From the NCBI GenBank assembly GCA_905331295.1, contig CAJNYD010000015.1:1-64000 (forward strand): a DNA stretch of 64,000 nt, written 5' to 3'. This DNA comes from Rotaria socialis. Lineage: Eukaryota. Below the pieces are notes generated by a model. It worked only from the letters and a program-made list of their open reading frames with translations, made no database searches and was not told the origin of the DNA. Shown in pieces: positions 42,645 through 56,577 of this stretch. The translations under genes were made by a program, and so were the position numbers. The stretch's first letter is position 1, and each line of letters begins with the position of its first letter.

Positions 42645-43343
42645 CAGGGTGGCCAGATCTTCTGACAAATAGGGAAAATGTCTGAAATTTGAAGTCCTTT
42701 CTGAATTTCTTCTCATTTTCGTACCATATTCTGATTTTTCCTGATTTTAATATTTTCTTCCGATTTTTTTCCGAATTCGAAACTATTTCAGATCCCAGTT
42801 TTGTTAGTGCAGTTCAGTACACAATTATAACGCAGTACTATTATAGATGTATATTGCGGCACCTTGTTTTCTTCAAGTATCCGTTCGTAATTTCTGACTT
42901 ATATAGGCAATTTCTGCTACAGAAATGCACTAAAATTTGATAAATTTCTTTTCTTGATTTCGAGAATCTTATCTAATTGAACATTCCTCAAATGAAAACA
43001 AAATTATCTATTGGATGATATTGATATGGTTGAATTTGATTGTGAAGAGAAACAAATCGAAGTAAATTAATTAGCCACAGCAATATCATTTCGGCATATA
43101 AAGGACAAAAAGAGTTTTTCGAAAAAAATCCGTTATCGATTGATGAATATTCATCTTTATAGTGGTAAATCTTCGGAAACGAAGTACCAGTCAATGACAT
43201 AAAAGTAGTGGAATAGTTAATGCCAGCATCTTATACAGAAGTTGCTATTTCACAAAAAATGATCGTTCTAATAAACTTCTGATCGTTTCCTGATTTTTAC
43301 AAAAAAGATATCAGATATCTCAATTTTCGATCTGGCCACCTCG
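42645..43343. mobile_element. hAT-type MITE (699 bp)
   Basis: TIRs cagggtggccagatc (42645-42659) and gatctggccacctcg (43329-43343). 8-bp TSD attgtgac / cttgtgac (7/8 match). Confidence 0.8.
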
Positions 43344-44049
43344 CTTGTGACAAATAATTAAGTGAATCGCTACAGATTTTAATGGGTCAAAATAGGTGAT
43401 GGATAAATAGTGTCAAATATCTAATTTTCTATTTGCTTGTTCTTTCCTCAAAATTTTGATTCATTTTTTTTTACTCCTTCTATGTGATGGAATTAACATG
43501 TCGATTGATTTCACGCCGAGCATTCTTCAGATATAAGCCTCATGTCATGAATTATTCTTTTTCAAATAATCTATTTCTCATTGAACGTATTTTAAAAACT
43601 ATTAGATGTATTGCAATAATATTCTTGAATAATTTTTAAATCTACGAATCTAATTGATATATAAATGATCTTATATCATTTTTTTAAAATTTTCTCATTA
43701 GTAGATATATTGATATGAAAGATCATGAAACCTATTAAAATGTTTTATTTAATCAACTTTTGAAGTCATTGATCTCATTTTTTTGGTTGACTATTACGTA
43801 TTAATTCATTAAAATCATATAATCGTGCTAGTAATGATGTCATTTCTAGTTAATTTCTTTTTATCATCAATTATTGTAATGGACATTGTCCGTATTAGAC
43901 TATATCTTTGTTAAATATACTGACATATAATATTTGATTTCCTATTTAACATTGAATCATCTCAAGTGATGGTCAATATTGAAACCAACGAGAACAAGTT
44001 TATTGCAAAAAAAAAAGAGAGAAGATGTCCTTGACTTCATCGGCGTATA

Positions 44050-45153
44050 ACCACATCAAGTCGACATTTGTTCACTATTACTTTTTCTTATTTCTTGTAT
44101 TCATCTGTAATCAACACCGACAGGCTCCTGCTTTCTTTCTCTCATTCTTTATTTTGCTTATGAAAGGCCATTGGCGTTCAATGTAACGCCTACATGAATG
44201 CATTCACATTTACGTAGATTACGTGATTACTTTGTTTCTGTCTCTCTCCTTTCACTATATCCTTTGCGCATATATATATATATGTGTGTGTGTGTTTGTT
44301 GAGTTGTCCTTCGCATCTGTGTGTTAACGTCGGACGAGTAGATCAGCATGAAAAAAGAAAAATTCAGAAGAGAAAAAAGTTTCACGCGTCCGCTACTGCC
44401 TAGTTTTTATTAGTGCGTTCAAGAAACTGGCGACTGGTGTGTTATGCATGTGTTTATGTGTGTGTGTTGTCGCCGCCATCGAAGACCGAAAGGCATTGGA
44501 TGAAGCAAAGAAAAAAATGGGGAGAAAACCGAGACAGACGCGCAAAGCAAGGCTATAGAAGGTGTCCCCCGCCGTGCACACATGCTTAGTTGCAATGTGC
44601 GCTCTTGATATTTCTCTCTCTATCTTTCTTTGCTTGTGTTGGTCGAGTCGTCCTTTATTCTCTCTCGTTCGACTCATGTTGATTTAATCTATGTGGATTA
44701 CTTCACTACTGCTATCGACCATCAGCGTCGATGAAAAAAAGGAAAGAGAGAGAGAGAGAGAGAGAGAGAATAAGAAGAAAAAGAGCACGAGTTGCACACA
44801 AAAAAAGGCCAACAAGATCGGGCAACAAGGACAATCAAAATATAAGTCGAAGGAGAACGCAATTTCTCTTTCATCAACGTCATTATGTCCGATGAAGCGC
44901 TTTTCTTCTTTTTCTTTTCATAGCAATTAATAGGTTTTTTTCAACGAGAATTGTGAAGATAATTCATTTTCTTATGTTTATGGGTCATTGTAACCGTTAT
45001 GTAAATTTTACTGTAAATTTCTTAAAAAAAAAGAGCCTGAAAAACAAATGTGCCTATATATATCTATATATATATGCGCATGGCATCTAACACACATCTA
45101 CACATGCACATTCAACATGTTTTAGATGGACGTGCTGTATGTTGGCAGAATTC

Positions 45154-45187
<34 letters not shown>

Positions 45188-46950
45188 GGAAAATAGGTTG
45201 TTGTTACACTGTTTGTCGCCATCGCTGGTCTTTTTACACAGAAGAAAGAGAACAGCAAAAAAAATCGGGTAGTAATAGCAAGACGAAGAAGAATAGGCAA
45301 CGTTGTGTGGCTGGACAAACCAGATGCTGCATGCAATGCAAAAGAGTGCGAGAGAGAAATGTAATGAAAGGAAGAAAGAGTAGAAGAGAAGAGAAGAGAA
45401 CGTCGTCACCATCACCAACCAACATCCGAACGACGACCAACGGTAAAGCGTCAAATAATCGTCCGTTTGATTGTAATGCATTTTTTTCTCTCGTTCTTTC
45501 TATCCTTATGGTGTCCTGTCCCTTTTACTCTCTTTCTTGCGCTCGCTTGCTTGCCCCTCACTTCGTCTTCGCCCGTTCGCTGCTCTCTGTCTCTCTCTCT
45601 TTCCGCACACATGCATACGCACGCACACACACACACGCACATACACAATCAGTGTGCAAGGACATAGCAAAATAAGAGAGTAGAGGACACAGAAGACGAG
45701 AAGAAAGAACATTATCATTAACGGTCACTTCACCCACCAACATGCATATATATTTTACGTTGATGGCAACGACTACCATTACATTGTTCGAATACATGTG
45801 CTCGAAGTATGTAATACATATCGATGTCTCAATAATTCACATCAACATCTGACCCAATAACACATATTCTGTCTCAAATACGACACTACAAGCCGTCTGT
45901 TTGATCTCCCTTCGACTGATGAGATATATTTGATCTAATTGAGTTGACATTTGATGGGCTCGTAGATTGTTAATTTTTCTAAGTGAGATATTGTATGACC
46001 CGTCCAAAACTATCATTAATGTAGCTTTCAGTACAAGAAGAAATAAGTATGAAAGAGAAGAAAAAGAATGCATGCAAGATGATTTAGGCCGGATACGGAG
46101 CTCGCCTGCGGACTCCTATTTCATCAACAATAAGCTATTGCAGAGAGTGATGGCGATGATGATGATGCTAGTGTCGTGTTGAATACCAACGCCCGAGCGA
46201 TTTTCTTTCTTTCTCACACTCTTTTTTTCTGTTCTACTCGTCATCCTCGTCTTGTTCCTTTTCTTTGTCGTCCTCATTCTCCTTCTCTTTTATTTCCATA
46301 TGGCGGACATACAAGTCCGAGACGAGAGACGACGATGTCGTCGACGGTCGGAGAAAGAGAGAATGCGAGCAAAAGATGATTGCATGTCTAATTTGCGTCA
46401 TGGCGACTACGACTATGTAACGTTCGCTCTCGTCCTCCTTCTCCATTCTTTCTTCGCACAATCATCCTCTAATCCAATGCGAAGGACAAGGCTATTTCTC
46501 CTCTTTGTGCGCGCATGTATGTGTGCACGCGTTTGTGCGTATATATATATATATATATATATTATGTGTGCGTGAGACAGAACACTCAGTTACTTGCTAT
46601 TATCCAACACGTTGAAACAACGTCCTCCTCATCCTTTTTTTTTCCTCCGGTCTCCTTGTATTCATTTTATCACTTGCCAGCATAGAACGATATTATGTGT
46701 AATGCAGGACAATTCGATCGAAAAAAATCGAATTTATTTTTGTATACGACAAAAACACAGACCTATATATATATATCCGTTTCTTTTATGATATTCTTGG
46801 GCTGTTGTTATCGTCATCATCGTTTTTCTATATTTCATCTTCGAGTGAGATATATATATATATATATATATGCATCTTTCAACAATAATCATACCATCTC
46901 TCTTTATGTGTTGATTTTACCTGTTACCATATATTATAGTTTTATAGAAT
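44050..46950. promoter_or_regulatory. Probable extended regulatory / 5' UTR region of the BCL11-like gene, rich in microsatellites
   Basis: Higher GC than flanking DNA, many (GA)n, (CA)n, (TA)n and (GAT)n tracts, no credible ORF, directly upstream of a developmental transcription factor. Function is inferred. Confidence 0.35.
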
Positions 46951-46976
46951 TCAACAGACAATTATTTCTAGAGTGA

Positions 46977-47809
46977 ATGCTCAACGGTACTGTTGAGCCA
47001 CTGCTGAACTTGAGCAGCAGTACAAATCGGCTAAAATCAACGATGAAGACCAATGGCAGTAGCAGCACTAATAACAATGATATATCATCCAAACGATCAA
47101 CAATGAAAACATCATCACCATCATCATCAATAGGAATTTTATCTTCAATGAACAGTAATAATAATAATAATAATTCTTCAATAAATAATGACAATCGTAT
47201 AAAATTTGTCGATATGCTGGTATGTGGTTCATGTCAACAAGATTTTCAATTGTCGGATATCATTAAATTTATTGAACATAAAGCAATATGTGGTAATAAA
47301 GAAAATAAACGAAAAATTCCGTATTTTTTATCTCAACGACGACAAAGAAAAGGTGACAATGATGACGAAGATGATGATTACGACGATGACGATGATGAGG
47401 ATAATGAGATTGATGATGAAGACAAAAGTCAACTAAGTACTAATTCAAGTGGGAATGAAAATGAACATGACACTCATCATTCTCATCATCATCATCAGAT
47501 GACTTTAAAAAAGCAGTCCACATTATCAAAAGTACTTGTTGATGCTGGTGCCAATACTTTGAACAGTACAAGTAATATTAAAACTATTTCTTTTATAATA
47601 CATGCATACATTTTTTTTTCTCTTATAGATGAGCCTTATAATTTTGAATGTAGTCAATGTGGTGATGTATACAGTACAGGTATAAAAAAAAACTAGTAAA
47701 AAAATAGCAATTTATTTATTTATTCATTTCTAGCTTGGTATCTCATTCAACATTATCAACGAATGCATGGTATAAAAATGTACAGTACATGTCTTAATGA
47801 AAATCCTTC

Positions 47810-47840
<31 letters not shown>

Positions 47841-49963
47841 CCAATAGCATCGATGAATACTAGTTCATTGTCAAGTGACACATCAATGTTGAACATTGAT
47901 CTAAGTCTACTTGAAGCTGCACTTAAAAATGTTACCTCATCCAATCGATCACTCACATCATCGACAACATTTGCATCAAATCAGTTGATTGCAGCGGCTA
48001 ATGCTACTCGATCAGCACAGAAGCAGCAACACCACCACCAACAACAACAGCAACAGTCGCATTCGTCACGAGCGACAACCGATAGTGGATATCTCTCGGC
48101 AGGTGCCCATTCGAAGATCAGTGTGCCCTTATCAACGTTTAATTCACCATCATTAAATCCTACATATCCCAGTTTATTACAAGAAGTTGCGCATCGATCG
48201 ACTTCGATTGTCAAATTGCTTACTGAAGCAGCTAAACAACAATCGTCGAAAACATCTGAAAAAGATAAAACTACTAATGATGCAATATCGATAACAGACA
48301 CACAATTTCTTACACCCAAAGCAATTGATGTTACAACAACTCGAGTGAGATTTTGTTTTTGTGCTTGATAAAATCGAAAAAATAATTGATTTATTTTTAT
48401 TTTTATTTATTTATAGGTCGAAAACGACTCGAACAATAATGTACATAGTTACGGAAGTAAACATAATATTTTTGCAAATAGAATTTTTAGACAAAATTTT
48501 TATCATATTTTTTAAAGGTACAACTCATAATACACGACGTCAAAAACGGCGTCGACCAACAGATTCAGGTCAAAGTGATGAATATGAACAAAAAAGATCA
48601 ATTCCATCAGCCGTTGTTCCTTCGCGGCGTCCGTCAGCATCATCAACACGTTCAGTTTGCTTTTCATCGTCTGAAGACGAACCAGGAACATTAATATCTT
48701 ATCAGCCAGAGCTAAATAAAAATAAAACAAATACCATTCAAACATCTATACAACAACCATCATCTCAGTCACAACGAAAGCGTCATCAACGTAAGCCAAC
48801 TCGACTATCAAACGGTATGACACAACAACAACAACAACAACAACAACCATTAAATATTTCAATTAAAAATGAACCATCAACAGCAGACGACAATCGATTG
48901 TTGATTAAGAAGAAAACTGGATTACTCGTTACGAATAGTGGAAATTCTTCCAATGAAAATTATCAATGGTTTCATCAAGCTTTTCGATCCATGGTATCTT
49001 CGAATGATGCTGATTCACCAATACAACTTGATTCTTCTCCACCACCATCAAGTAAAAGCAATGCCTAGTCTTTATAAAATAAAAAAAAACAAGCACAATT
49101 TGTATTTTTTTCCCTTCAGGTTCAATAATTAAGAGCGGTACTGGTTTAGTACCAGCACGTTCATCTTCATCACTATCGAGTACACCGCCAAGTTCCACGT
49201 CAATACTTAATTTATCAACAACAAGCGGTACCAATAATAATAATAATACCGGTGACCAAAATATGATTGATCATTCTCAATCATCACTTTATGGAAAAAC
49301 TTCTCATCAAACAAGAGTAACAAATCAAACAAATTTAAATGGTGGTCATGTATCCAGCCCAAATTCCCAACGGGTCATAAAACGTGATCGACGGAATGAT
49401 ACATGTGAATTTTGTGGAAAAGTTTTTAAGAATTGTTCAAATTTAACTGTTCATCGACGAAGTCATACAGGTTAGACTCAAAAGATAGATTTTTTTTTAT
49501 ATTAAAACTATTAAGTTTATTTAATTAAATAGGTGAAAAACCGTACAAATGTGAACTATGCGCCTATGCATGCGCCCAATCATCAAAATTAACACGTCAC
49601 ATGAAAACTCATGGTCGTGATGGTAATGAAGCATTTCACTGTCGATATTGTTCAATGCCATTTTCTGTGGCAAGTACATTAGAAAAGCATATGCGTCGTT
49701 GTGAACGTAATCCACAAATTCTTGCTGTATTTAAACAACAACAACAACAACATTTACTTGCAAACAGAACAGGTTCCAATAGAAGATCAACAAATGATAT
49801 TAAAAGTGAATATTCTATAGATGATAGTGATGAAATAATTGCTAATGATTATTCATCATTTGCTGAAATAATTGACGAACAACATGATCTTGGTGTCGAA
49901 GAAGATGATGATGAAATAGATCTTAACGAAGAAAGTGAACATGCTTCAAACGAGCAAAGTTGA
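46977..49963 (+). CDS. BCL11: BCL11-family (BCL11A/B, Chronophage-like) zinc-finger transcription factor
   Basis: N-terminal C2HC finger [24 protein letters not shown]; spliced [30 protein letters not shown]-terminal triple finger [73 protein letters not shown]. Confidence 0.92.
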
Positions 49964-52874
49964 GTTTTTGTTTTTTAATCGTTTCTTTGATTCATTCAGA
50001 TACCCGTTGTCTCTCTATTTGTTGTATGTATTTCTTTAAATTATTTTCATCGTTGATTATCCATTACCTTTCGTTTATTGTTCTGTTCCTATATTCGGGT
50101 TATTTCTATTTTTCATTTACTGTCTCTTGTGTGTCCCCGGTTGGTTGGTTGATTCTTTTTCTTTTTCGACCGAACAAGCACGGAACAGGTTTTTTCTGCT
50201 GTTTTGCTTTCTATAGAGTACACGTGTTGATGAATCTGATGAACAGTCTCTTCTCTCTATGATCTCTCGTCTTCTTTTCTTTATATACATATATATATAA
50301 GCTTTTGTGTTGATTACTTATTTTCGGAAACAGAAGATTTCTTTGTTCCTATTACCCGTGCATGTGTATGTATTTAGGAAGAGAAAGAACAGTTATATGT
50401 TTTATTCCTTTTCTTTTGTTCTGCTTTCTATGTTTGTATTTGATTTTTTTTTCGTGTAAACGACGAAATCCTTGAATGACTCTTTGCTTTGTTCTTATAT
50501 CTTATTCTTACATCGGGTTGCTCTTTATTATTTTGTTGTTCCGTATGTATTTATATCTAAAGCGAGGTAAATGAACAGTAGTCGAAAACGACAACATAAA
50601 AGTGTCATTTCAAATATGTGTCTCTCTCTCTCTCTCTCTCTCTCATTTTATGTTAACTGTATCTGTGTTATCTGTTGTAACGTTCATTAACATTACACAT
50701 TTCTTTTTTTCTCGTTTTTTCCTTGCTTGTTCTTCTCTCATTTCTTTTTCTATAATTGATAATTAAAAATTAAAAAAATAGCACATGTATTAAAACCCAA
50801 TCTATTTTGATTGATATATATCGGTTTGCGTCATAAGGAATAGAAGAAGTGAAGTGAAGCGAAAATGTCTCATTCCTCTTTAGATATGGCTAATGATCCG
50901 AAGTTATCATTGATAACAAACATATTTTCAGGATAAATTATCTTCGGATTCTGCTATTATTCTCACTGTTGTCTCGATGACATTACGAATGCATGAGAAC
51001 TGGTAGCATTACAAATGATTGGTCGATTGCTGATCTAGCGTTATTTTTATTCATCATGGTAAAATAAGGCCTGTATTAGAAGGGATTTCAGTAATGCTTC
51101 TTCATAGACTATATCCAAAGACATTTGTCTTACTCATTGATAACATACAGAAGTGATATCATGAAATCCTTTTTTTTTGTAAATACTATCATGGATATAA
51201 GGATTCTTGTTTGCTGCACAGTACGATGGGGCTTAGAAAGTTTGTCTTGGTTATGGTAGAGATTACGAAAAAAAATACGTCTCACATTTTAAACGGGCTA
51301 ATATTTTCCTAATCACTTTTATAGTCTTTTATCTAGGAAATATTAAAAGTGAGTCAAATAAAAACTTCATAGGAAATGTGTCTCAGTTAGGGTAAACTGG
51401 AAGTAAAACATATTACTATGTAGATCTGCAATCGCTATATTTTATCATCTGATTTATATTAATTGATCCTAGCTTTTTCGAAGTGTTTAGATGTTAGTAA
51501 TTAATCTAGCGTAAGTGAAATATGTTATGTGCCATTAAATGTTTCTTGATATGAATATATTGAATGAATACAATTTGAGTTTAAATATTTTATGCTATTT
51601 GGTCTGTTTTAACATTAGATTTATATCAATTGATAGTGGTCATTCTTGTTTGCTGTAAAAATAAAATACATCAATATCAAAGAAGCGACTTAGTTTTGGG
51701 AAAATATTATCCTTTTAAATGTATGTTTATGTGTTATGACTGTAAGCACAAGTTTGATCATTCGAACAAAACTGCATTAGAAAAACTCTCATATTAATAG
51801 GCATCCTGTATTCTCAATAGAATTTTATTTGAACAAGTTCTATCTCTATATAGTAAAGATATATTATGTACTCAATAATCTATCGTTTTATTGTCAATGA
51901 TTTATTGGTTTATTTATCTAAAATTTTGAAATAGAGATTTTGATAAACGTTGATATTTAGTAAGCATGTGCTTATAATGCACTAGCTGGTAGTTTGGCAA
52001 TAGGATTAACTGCATATAACTGAATGTCTTAAGGCTTGTAGAAAAAAATGGGTAAAGTTAATCAGTTAAAATTTTATCGATATTATAAACTATTATACAA
52101 ATGCAAGACTAAAGAAATTTGCTTTCTTTTCAGTGTCCTGTAGTGTATTTATTTTTAACTTGAGTATTTAAATAATGTTTTGAAGTAATATTGTGATTAC
52201 TGAAAAATTATTGTAAGTAAAAATCTACGATATATTTATTCAGACTATCGAATATTAATCATCAATACTGAAATTATACAAACTGTGTTTTGTCACCTAG
52301 AAATTTTTTCTGGTACTAAGATTGAGAAAGTATTCATGACTCTGATCGTGTGAGAGAAAACGAGCAGACAAACTTAAAGGTTACAAATTACTTGAAATTC
52401 ATCGCATAAGTCATACAAGTACAAAAGTGTATTGTAGTATTTTGACAATGTTTTTTTTATAGTTTTGTTGGAATTATAGCAAACGAACTAAAATTAAGCT
52501 TAGAGATGCATAGCATGACGATTTTGACTTGATACAATTGACAATAATCCAAAAGTGAGTTGCTCAATTACATATTTTACGTGCAAATCATATCATCGAT
52601 TATGATAAAAGTTTATAAAGATTTAGTTGTCATACATGAGATGATTGATTACAATTCGAAGGCACTTATCTATTGTATGAGAGGGAGAGAGTTGCAGTTT
52701 ATAACCATTCGTTTTTTTCTCTTTATTCGTTAAGTTGCTATTCTAGAGAGAAAATAAAATGCACAAATTCTTTTCACATAGAGCGTGTAAAAATTGTCAC
52801 CGAATAACAAAAAAGAGCAAATTGTTTTGACCTGAACAATCCAGTTATTAAAAAGTAAGTCTAGATAAAATAAA

Positions 52875-53793
52875 ATGCAAGACGATCATATATCAGTTAA
52901 TCGTGATTTATGGAATACTAAAACAAAGCATCATCTCGATTCATCACATTGTAATGTTGAGGAATTTATTTCGAATAAAAATTATCTTATGTTAAAACAG
53001 ACTGAATTAAAATGACTTGATAATCTAGAAAATAAACGTATTCTACATGTACAATGTCGTTTTGGTCTTGATACATTACCATTGGCACGTTTAGGAGCAA
53101 AAATAGTTATTGGAATTGATTTATTAAATATAGCGATAGAAAAAGCTGCTCAGTTAGCTGAACGAATTCATTTAAATCATATTGTTGAATCTATTTGTTG
53201 TAATATTTATGAAACAGGAAATCATTTGAAGGTTAATAATGAAAATGATTTATTCGATATTATATTTACATTGTATGGTACAACAAAATGATTTTCAGAT
53301 TTAAATAAATGGGGACAAATTATTGAAAATTACTTAAAACCTAACGGCTCATTTATTATTGTGGATTTCCATCCAATCATTCGAATATTTGATAATAAAT
53401 ATGAGCATCTCGTAAATTATTCATATTTCAATCGTGAACCAAGCCGAAAGAGATTTTGTTTTTGTTTTTATTTTTGTTATGAATATCTAATTGTTCGTGT
53501 TTCATTTTTAAGTTGTTGAATATCCAAAAGGTACTTATACTGATCTAAATGTTCCAACACAACAAAAATCAATAAGTTGGAACCATATTTTAACTAATAT
53601 TATGATGGTTTTAATTGAAAATCATTTAAAAATTGAGGTTTTTAAAGAATTCGATACGATACCATTCAATTGTTTTCATAATTTATGTCAAATAACTGAT
53701 GATGAAGAATGTCAATTTAAGGAATTCAAAGAAAAACTACCATTAACATATGCTATAAAAACAATAAACACAACTACTACATCTAGAAATTGA
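52875..53793 (+). pseudogene. Bacterial-type class I SAM-dependent methyltransferase, pseudogene
   Basis: Frame from ATG 52875: NRDLWN..ELK*LDNLENKRILHVQCRFGLDTLPLARLGA..GID..FDIIFTLYGTTK*FSDLNKWGQIIENYLKPNGSFIIVDFHP, then ..GTYTD..SWNH..KLPLTYAIK. In-frame TGA at 53013 and 53289; intron-like T-rich insert at about 53443-53512. Confidence 0.8.
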
Positions 53794-53980
53794 AATTGAT
53801 CGAAGAAAGATAAATAAATCACTAGTATCATAATCGAGCAAAAAATCAGTTCTTTTAAATATGCAGTTATCAATAGTGTCACGTGTTACGAAATGCGTAA
53901 TAAATGCTTGTGAGTTCAAGGCAGCGTTTCTAATAGAAATCTGAAACAACGTATCCAAGATATAGATTGCTCCGTTTAGG

Positions 53981-54023
53981 CTGTCATTGTTGTTATTACG
54001 AATCGTAATAACAACAATGACAG
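53981..54023. repeat. Perfect 43-bp palindrome (21-bp arms, 1-nt loop)
   Basis: ctgtcattgttgttattacga-a-tcgtaataacaacaatgacag. Confidence 0.9.
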
Positions 54024-54418
54024 TAATAGTAACAATTGATATGCATAGATAAATGTTTTAACGCATGATACGATATGTCTGAAGATGTCGGAGCATGAAA
54101 TATATCTCTATTAATAAAAAAATTGAGGAGTTCGAAGTTTCTATAGAATGAAAAGCAAAGTGTAAATTTTCTTCAGCAGGTATCTGCTCCATACTTTGTT
54201 TTTATGAGCAAAGTGTAAAACAGAGAGTCAAATCCATAGAGCAAGTAGCATGAATATTTTGTCACAAAAGCTGATACCTACTGCTAGAAACGCTGGTTCA
54301 AGGTCACTATCGATGTTTTTTTTTTACCAATAGAGCCGAAACTACTATAACAAGATAACGAAAGAAACGAACGGAACAAGTAACTGGAAAATAGTAACTG
54401 AATACTTGTATATGAAAA

Positions 54419-54866
54419 TATACATATATATGTTGGAGGGGAGATTAAAATCTCGGGGAATTTAAAATTCGCCTAAGGGAAATTAAAATTTTTCTCTTTC
54501 CTATGTATTTCATATACAAAACCGAGGATTCTAATTTCCCCTAGGGGGAAATTAAAAATTTTCTCTTTCCTATGTATTTTATATATAAAATGGAAGATTT
54601 TAATTTCACCTAGGGCAAATTAAAATTCTTTCCTTTCCTGCCGATTTCATAAGAAGATTGAAAGATTCTAGTTTCACCTAGGGCAAATTAAAATTTTAAT
54701 TTCCCCTAGACAATATTAAATACATCATTTTTTTTGTTTCATATTTCCATGAAAATAACTAGGGATGCAACGGTGACGGTGGAACGGTTTTTGATCGTCA
54801 CCGTTGCANTAGGCGAATTTTAAATTCCCCGAGATTTTAATCTCCCCTCCAACATATATATGTATA
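54419..54866. mobile_element. Foldback/MITE-like element with long TIRs and internal ~70-bp subrepeats, spanning an assembly N
   Basis: tatacatatatatgttggaggggagattaaaatctcggggaatttaaaattcgccta (54419-54475) is inverted at 54810-54866. Internal repeats cctagggg(c)aaattaaaat..tctttcctatgtattt; N at 54809. Confidence 0.75.
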
Positions 54867-55231
54867 GACGCACCGCAATAGAATAATCCATAGAACGAAA
54901 GGATGCAAGTAGATGAGACGAAAGCACAACAATAGAGAAAAACAATAACGAAATCACAATATATCACAAATAGATAATCAATTTTGAAAGTTTTTGATAT
55001 GAGTTCCAGAGAAGAGAATATTTCTATCTATGAAGCAATGATAGCTAGATTTGCCAATGATATTGTAGATGTTGCACTAGACTTGAATCGAAAAACTACA
55101 GATAAATGGGAAAACTTTAACCACTACCAGGCATTTATATGAGCTATCTGAAAATATATCTAAATAATCTCAATTGATAATGTTGTAGCGAACGATTAGA
55201 ATTGCCATGTCAACAAAAATAGTTTTACTAG

Positions 55232-55605
55232 TAGAGATGTAACAATACCGTTTGGAGACACATAAAGATTGCCAATTTTCACAATGAAAATCTACCAATA
55301 CCAACCAATACTTTGCGTTAGTTATAACCAGCGAAGTTAGTTCTATCTGATAGGAGTATATAAAATACCAATACCAACAGAAAAGATCACCAGTATTGGT
55401 GAATATTGGTAAAAAAACGTATTTTCACAAATACTCACCAATACTGGTGATCTCTTCTGTTGGTATTGGTATTTTATATACTCCTATCAGATAGAACTAA
55501 CTTCGCTGGTTATAACTAACGCAAAGTATTGGTTGGTATTGGTAGATTTTCATTGTGAAAATTGGCAATCTTTTTGTGTCTCCAAATGGTATTGTTACAT
55601 CCCTA
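55232..55605. mobile_element. Almost fully palindromic hAT-type MITE (374 bp)
   Basis: Ends tagagatgtaacaatacc and ggtattgttacatcccta. Arms of about 175-180 bp are near-perfectly complementary around a short loop near 55415. Perfect 8-bp TSD tttactag at 55224-55231 and 55606-55613. Confidence 0.92.
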
Positions 55606-56577
55606 TTTACTAGCGTCAGCATTACAAAAGCTATAGGTTCGTTAATTGTAGATGCTCGATTCTTTTTTTGGGTTTTCTTTTTTTTTCAGGAAAACAAATT
55701 AATTTCTCAATATTTTTAAATGACTTTTTACTGCTCAGTAAGTTTTAAAAAAACCACATTTCGTGCAAGAAAAAAGTGTGATTTTGAAAGACTATTTATA
55801 GCTTTTTCTGATACTGAAAACGCGAAATTCAATTTGTATTGTTGCTTCCCTTTAAATTACTGTAAAAAACACACTAGCTTTAGATGAAACAAATCATATG
55901 GATATAACAGGGATATTTTGTTGTAAAAAATACTAGTCTAAATAACTGCAAATTCGTTCGTGTTGGTATATTACTCGATATATATATATATATATACTAT
56001 AGTTCAGGCAATACTATTCAAATCCGTTTATGTACGACATCTACTATCCAAAACGACTAAAAGATATCAAATAGCATATGTTATGGCTGGATATTTAGAA
56101 AATATACTAATCATTGTTATCTCGCAATCTTAGCAAAAATACGAGGGGAATGAGTACTCAGCTTTTGTTTTTATTCGTCTATAGTAGAAGAATAATACCA
56201 AAAAACGTAGCAGTACTATTTTGCTTCGCAACAGAAAGTAATGTCCAAGTCAGTTGTGTCATATCTCCATAGCTAGCTGATAATTGCGTTGTTTCATTAT
56301 CTGTAAAAATTCTCTGTCTCTGTTGCCAAACAGATTTTAATCATTGTATATGATGATATGTAAGTGAACAAATAAAACAGCCACGTGATTACAAATATAA
56401 TGCTAGTTGAATCCAAGAGTCTGTTTAGAAATTTTTTTTTATCGCAGACGTTGAATAATATATAAACGAGTGAGTTGTTCGTGACATAAATATTTTATTC
56501 ATGTGATTATAATTTAAATAACATCAGTAAATATTAATAGTACCAAACATCACATCTTTTCTAGAAAATAATTAATT

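Noticed and set aside
44393..46976. Many overlapping short ORFs on both strands
   Set aside because: They arise from microsatellite and low-complexity sequence (HTHTH, ERERE, YIYIY); no recognisable domains or consistent splice structure.
53013..53291. TGA recoding (selenocysteine or Trp) in the methyltransferase
   Set aside because: Other genes in the window use TGA as a stop, neither position looks like a Cys site, and motif decay plus a damaged splice donor point to a pseudogene.
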